In this document: one piece after another, positions 57,491-64,000 of the stretch | Layout: the number at the start of each line of letters is the position of its first letter | Numbering within the stretch: position 1 is the stretch's first letter | NCBI RefSeq assembly: GCF_006345805.1 | Contig: NC_043007.1 | Location: forward strand, 8,060,001-8,124,000 | DNA: 64,000 nt | Source: Octopus sinensis | Taxonomy: Eukaryota | Direction: 5' to 3' | Notes under the pieces: model-generated | Told to the model about the DNA's origin: nothing | The model's input: the letters and a program-made list of their open reading frames with translations, nothing else | Database searches by the model: none | Program-made: the position numbers and the translations under genes

Positions 57491-58104
57491 AATTACACCA
57501 ACATTTGCATTCGTTTATTTTTTTCTTTCATTCATAAACATTTATGCAACACACAGACATAAGCATTAAGCTTTGTTTTTCACCTGCACATGTATGCAAA
57601 TGCACACACATGTATGTATGCACGTGCATATGTAGACAAGTGCACGGTGAAACCTACGGACACATGCACACCTACGTGTCTATCCCCATCTAGGGCTGTC
57701 TGAACAGTATTGTAACCCCTCCACCCCGTGGCCAGTTAGTGCACAAGACCCTATTGTATTTACTTATTGACTGCAAGCTCCAGCATACACAGGTCAGGTC
57801 TGGGCTTCTAAACCTGTGAGGGTCCCCTAGGAAGTGCCCAGAGTGACCACGCCCTAAAGCGACATCCTCTCCCCCCCCATCCCGACACACGGATACACAA
57901 CCTTGTTGTCCAGCTAAAAGATTATCGATTACTGTCTGTCTGTCAATACCTTGTTGCTGCATTAATCATAGATGACCACCCCACCCCACCCCCTGTTCCT
58001 CTTATATTTATCCAGAATTATTCAACTTCTAATCACTTAACTCCACTGACAGTTCTACACAATTTACCCACTTCCCACAAACATTTAATCGATTCCCTTT
58101 TTCT

Positions 58105-58880
58105 GCCATCAGTCAATATCATCTTGTCAGTCATCTCACTCTTCATCAGTCAAGGTCACTTAACTCACAGTCAATCAGGGTCACCACACTATCTCTCATT
58201 GCTATCTCACTGCCAGTTTGTCATCTCACTCACCATCAGTCAATGTTACTTCATTTTTTTTGTCCATCAGTGTTGTCTTATTGACTGTCAGTCAATGCCA
58301 ACTCACTGTCATTTCATTGTTGTCTCATTCATTACCAGTGAGTCACCTCTCCCATCATCAGTCAGTGTCATCTCATTCATTGTCAGTCAGTGTCCCCTCA
58401 CTGTCACTCATTATCATCTTGCTCACTGCTAGTCAATGTTAATTCACTTGTCAGTAGTGTTTTCTCACTCACCATCAGTCATTATCATTTGATTCCATGT
58501 CAATCAACATCATCTTACTTGCTATCAGTCATATGTCTGCTCATTGGCTGTTGGTCAGTCAAGTTCACCTAACTCACTCATTAATCACCATCTCACTCAA
58601 TCATTCAGTGCCCAATTTACCTCTGGTCAAGGCTACCTCTTTCACCATCCGTCATAATACAGCATACTCTCACTCGCTGTCAATGTCACCTCATACTCTC
58701 GCTTGCCCATCGGTCAGTCTTACCTCATTCACTGCCCATCAATCAATTCAGACACCATCAATTAATGCCACCTCATGCCATAAGTCATTACTCAATGCTA
58801 GGCCAGTCATTGTAACACAATATCAGATCATTCAGTCAATCAACATCATCTTATATCTACATTCACCATCACTCAACATC
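58105..58880. repeat. Cryptic degenerate tandem repeat (CATCTCACTC..CATCAGTCAATGT-like units)
   Basis: Recurrent TCAGTC/CTCACT words roughly every 20-25 nt; G-poor strand. Confidence 0.65.
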
Positions 58881-59633
58881 TCAGTACCCCCCCCCCACTT
58901 GCTGCCCTCCCCTCATCACTTGCAAAACCCTTACTCTTCCTTCTCCCCACGTTTGGTATTACCCTCTATTCTTCATCGTTAATGTTTCTGCAGCTTGTTT
59001 AATTAGATTAATATTAATTCATTCAGTTCAAAAGCTAATTACTCTCTGATGATAGAAATTTCGTGGATTCAACGAAGAACATAAATGCTTCTTCCGTCTT
59101 CCATCAATGGCATGTGAGTGCAAGTGCACTCTGCATCTGGTGTGAACATCCAGGATTTCATAAGCTAATGGTTTTTGTTTAATAATATGGCTGAGTGAAA
59201 GTACCTCCGCAGAGTATTTGTCATCATCATCAGCATCATTGTCATCATTGTTGTTGCTATCATCATCATCGTTTTACTGCCACCTATCAATCTGCCATGG
59301 TTTGGATGGTTCGACAGGATCCAAGAGGTCACAGGACCACATCTCGTTTTAGTGTCTCAGTTTTTGACAAGGTTTCTATGGTTGGGTGCCCTTCCCTATG
59401 ACAACTGCTTTACAGGGTGTGCTAGCAGCCTTTTTTTTTTTTTTTTGGCACCAGTGCATGTGAGGGTTGCCTTGTAATACACTTTCCCTACAAGAAAAGG
59501 TTGGGGATTTTGGTAAAGTATTTTTGAAATAATGTATGGTGAGAGGAACAAGTCTAGTGTTTATTGCTTTACATTTTCGCATGCACACACACACACTTGC
59601 TCATTAAATCCTTGTAAAAGTTAATACATACAT

Positions 59634-59684
<51 letters not shown>

Positions 59685-60167
59685 ATTTCAAAACATGTGT
59701 AGAAGAGTCAACTTGTGTATTGAAAATGAAGGAAGACATTTTCAACAGCTCGTATAAATTTCTTTTTAAAAGTTAATGTATTCTTTCGTAGTTTTATACC
59801 ATCTTATAAATATTTATTTTGCAATAAAATACTTACTGTGGAGAGACTTTCTGAACACCCTGTATATATATCGAATACATATACACATTGTATGTACATT
59901 GCTTGTTTGCTGCTCAGCTGTGATTTGATGCTGTGGAGATGACTCTCTCAGAGTGACACGTGTTAATACCCCTGAAAATCATAGTCATAGACAGGCAAGA
60001 CAACTCACCCCAAATCTCATTCAGGAGGGATAGTCATTCATGTTTCACCATTTTTGTGACACACACACACACCTATATATAATCATCATCACCATATTAA
60101 TGTTGACTTTTCATTCACCCTATCCAAGCATAGAATTATGATGAGGATACACACACACACACACATA

Positions 60168-60726
60168 TATGTATGGCAAATGGAAGATGGAATATCTGAG
60201 AATTTATTATTAATCACAACAATTGTTTCAACACATCTAGAATCGATTCCTCATGGGTGGGACACTCCACAACTGGTTCAGGAGCTTCCGGCAGTGCAGA
60301 TGTATCTCGTCGGGTGATAAATAAATAAATCCAGACGGAGGAAGTATCTTCATTTATTTAGAAGATCAAAAAATAAAATCACAGATAGCAAAAAGAGAAA
60401 CGAACACGTAATCCAGTGAGAAAAGTATTTAAAAAAATTCTCTTTTTCTGCATCTGTGATTTTATTTTTGATCTTCTAAATAAATGAAGATATTTCCTCT
60501 GTCTGGCTGCTTTTCTTTCTACAAAACAGGAAGTTACATTGCGGAACAGTTATTTTAACGAGTTGTATTTATTTATCACCCAACGAGATACATCTGCACT
60601 GCCGGAAGCTCCTGAACCAGTCGTTGAGTGTCCCACTCGAGAGGAATCAATGCTAGATGTGTCGAAACAAGTGTCGTGATTAATAATAAATTCTTGTATA
60701 TTCCATCTTTCATTTGCCATATACAT
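60168..60726. mobile_element. Nested imperfect palindromic element (Penelope pLTR-like) with an HHR in each outer arm
   Basis: Arm A 60168-60330 / A' 60566-60726; arm B 60331-60400 / B' 60438-60506. Confidence 0.8.
60213..60318 (-). ncRNA. Type I hammerhead with extended stem II (U4C core variant)
   Basis: atcac-CCGACGA-gatacatctg-[about 57 nt]-tagatgtgtt-GAAAC-aatt-GTT-gtgat. The mirror copy at 60575-60680 has core CCAACGA and triplet GTC. Confidence 0.7.
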
Positions 60727-60803
60727 AACAATCACTGTGAAAGTGACCAAGCTTTACCAGTAAGCTACCAGGTGTAAACCATTCGTTTTTATTATCCATT
60801 ATG

Positions 60804-60856
<53 letters not shown>

Positions 60857-60885
60857 CTCAATAAGTACAGATGGTTAATGTGTCA

Positions 60886-60971
60886 ATTCACTACAATTGT
60901 TTCCAACAAGTTTTTAATTGATTAATGGAGAAATAACATCATTAGGAAAAACTGTTTTTTTCTCAGATGAA
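60886..60971 (-). ncRNA. Degenerate type I hammerhead with long stem II
   Basis: attcat-CTGAGAA-..aacagttttt-[loop]-aaaaacttgtt-g-GAAAC-aatt-GTA-gtgaat. The core deviates at G8. Confidence 0.5.
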
Positions 60972-62362
60972 TACATGAATCACAACATTCCAAAATATTC
61001 AAAAGCCAACGGCACGTTTCACAAAATGATTCTATGACTTGTGCCAGTCATAAGAATGAATTTGTGAGTTCAGTTTGGGAGTATTACAGGAGAAAATACT
61101 GTGATGTCAGGTGTGGCTCGTGGGGTAACGAAGTTTTATTGCAGTGAAGGAGGTTTGAGGATGGGTTAGAGGAAAAATCAGATCGCGAAGCATCATGGGG
61201 GGGGGGCTACAAGACAAAGTTGATTTCTTTTCTTTTTTATTTCTATTCAACGTGAGGTTTTGGGGCCAAGTTCAAAGAGTAAGGTCAACCAGTTATTTAT
61301 TTAACAACCTTCTATATGTCTCCTCCCACCCCTTCAAGGCAGGAAAAACCTATAAAAGAGAGAGACAGTAAGTCTAAGATGTGCTGATAAGGGCAGAGGG
61401 TATCAAATAAGAAGATTGGCCATCATATCAATAATTAGATAAAGAAGTATACAAATATAATGCATACAACATATATAGGCATGGCTGTGTGGGTGGTAAG
61501 AAGTTTGCTTCCCAACCACATGGTTCCAGGATCAGTCCCACTGTGTGGCACCTTGGTCAAGTGTCTTCTATAACCTTGGGCCACCCAAAGCCTTGCGAGT
61601 GGATTTGGTAGATGGAAACTAAGAGAAGCCTATCGTGTCTGTGATTGTCCCACATTACCATTTGACAACTGGTGTTGATGTGTTTAAGTTCCCATAACTT
61701 AGCGATTCAGCAAAAGATACCAACAGAATAAGTAATAAGTTTTGGGGGTTGAGTCATTCAACTAAAAATTATTCTAGGTGTTGCCCCAGCATGGTCACAG
61801 TCTAATGACTGAAACAAAAGATAAGATATATAAAATGCATACATACAGAGAGAGAGAGAAGGCATCCACATACTTTCATATATGCATACATGTCACACAC
61901 ACACACACTATTTACTGTGCAATTGTGATACTTTGCCTGACCACATTGGAATACTTTCCATAATCTAATAACAGTCTGAAGATAATAAATCACCAGATTT
62001 CAGATAAGGGATTGGTAAAAACTACAAGGATTGAAAGATTTTTGAATACAAGACTGATAAAGAATTATTGTTTAGAACAACCTCATTGCTTTAACACTAT
62101 TCCCAATAAACCAAGGATTGGCTCTACGTCAGCAACACTGTGAATTATCATTGTACTACTACTACTATAACTATTTCCCAATTTAATCTTAATCTTCTTT
62201 AATCCATTTAAGTGATATGTTAAGTCTCCTCCTCCATCTTTTTTCATTTGGAACCTAAGAGATTGATAATTCTGTTTGTCATCTTTTGAAATGAAAACTT
62301 TTTATAGAGTGTAGATAGATTTTATTCTATATACTGTACCTTTATGTATGTATATGTACATA

Positions 62363-62413
<51 letters not shown>

Positions 62414-64000
62414 TTGTGACCATGCCCGGCATTTTGCCACCATCTCCATCCAGTGGTCTCCCATTCTCTCTCTCTCCTTCTCCTGCACTTCGCTCAGGTT
62501 GGGCAACCGTGTATTTTCTTTATGGTAGCACACCTGTTTCTGTCTTCATACCTGATATTTCTCTCTGGCCGGGTAACCTTAGACATCTATATCTGTCTCA
62601 CTATAACCTTTTCATCATCACCTCCTCCAATGCCTCATCCCCTCTTAAAAGTTTTTTTCTTGCAAGTACTTGGTGACCCTGTCAGTGCAGGTGCCACTTA
62701 AAAGCACCCAGTCCACACTGCAATAAAGTGGTTGGTGTCCAAAAGGGCATCCAGCTGTAAAAACCTTGTCAAAACTGACCTCGTCTGTGCTTGTGTCACA
62801 TAGAAAGCACTAAGTCCACTCTGCTGAGTGATTGGTGTTAGGAAGGGCATCCAGCTGTAAAAACCCTGTCATAAAAGTCACAGAAATCTGGTGCAGGATC
62901 CAGCCTGGCCAGCTCTTGTGGTACCATCCCACCCATGCTAGCATGGAACACGGATGTTAAATGATGATGATGATGATGATACAATGAATTCTCTTGTCGT
63001 AAATGGCAAATGAGGGTTCAGTAAAATAAAGTAGTAATCGTGTTCTATGGACATGAATGTGTTTCTTGGGGCCTGCTGGTGGCTTGCAGACCATTTTGCA
63101 AATGCACATATTTATATATATTCTCGAATAACTAAGCCATCAATAACGATGGTAGGTGTTTTACTAAACTTTGTGATAATTACTAAAGTTTGGTTTGTAT
63201 GTATGAATATTTGATTTTTTTGATTTGCGGGTATTGTTGAAAAATGTACATGATGGAAGTTGGTGTGTGTGTGTATGTATGTATACATACACACATGCAT
63301 TCAGTGTGCCTGCAAGGTCATGGTAGGATTTCAGGACTATTCATTGATGTAACACTACACATTTCCTATCCATGTTGAATAAGGGAACAACTGATGAAGT
63401 TTACTTACAGTTTAGCACAGTTCAATGTGGCTTCCATTTGTTGCCCAGCACACATCCAATTGATACTCCAGTCGGATGAAGGAGGAAAACTTTGCTGACA
63501 CACTCTCTATATACATGTATCTACTAGATACACACACACACAGAATTCCTTTTTTAGCAGTGTTAAATTTAAAGTGGGTAAAGCTGCTATAAATAATGGC
63601 ATGCAAATATTAGGTTGGAATCCTGTTGGATTGAAAGAGTCAAAGACTGCCTTCACCGTTTCCTATCCAAAGGTTCTTTAACCCAATTCTATCTATAGTT
63701 TTATTTGCTTCAAGATTCACCCTGCTTAGAATGTATTGTTTCACACTCTTAAAATTTCTAATTTATGATATCAATAGTATATTTGTGTGTGTGTGTGGGC
63801 ATCCAGCCATAGAAACCATGTCAAAGCAGATATTTGAGCACAACTCAATCCCTGACTCGTTAGGTTCCTTCGAAATATCTATCCTATACCAAGATGGGAG
63901 TTGGTTGGTCATTGCTTGTTCTTCTTTTCTCATCTGATCTTTCTTGGGATTCTTACATGCAATCAATTGGTAGCTCTGCTTTCTGTAAGGTTATGCCATT

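Noticed and set aside
63405-63500. Minus-strand candidate exon with GTAAGT donor
   Set aside because: Poor acceptor, no recognisable peptide and no partner exon in the window.

Overview
AT-rich eukaryotic (animal) genomic DNA, almost entirely intronic or intergenic. The SINE repertoire and the very dense (TA)n/(CA)n/(TAGA)n/(TACA)n microsatellites suggest a cephalopod, probably Octopus (inferred from recalled repeat families, not from a search). Nearly all ORF-track hits are microsatellite or SINE artefacts. Recognisable content: (1) two small + strand candidate exons (6564-6673, 24191-24248) that join in frame into the C-terminal half of a PDZ-like domain; (2) decayed transposons: two RLE-type LINE 3' ends, a CR1-like RT, two RTE-like LINEs, two mariner transposases, a Penelope-like GIY-YIG remnant, Helentron/HINE-like elements and hAT/MITE ends; (3) several SINE families; (4) a 31-bp minisatellite of about 39 copies. 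The most striking unannotated signal is a set of hammerhead-ribozyme (HHR) motifs in short, often palindromic, Penelope-type elements lying in or beside TA tracts. These include a perfect 166-bp-arm palindrome with a near-canonical minimal HHR, a nested palindrome with a long-stem-II HHR, and a two-copy family that may be a non-circularly permuted hammerhead. Coordinates were counted by eye and repeat boundaries are approximate.
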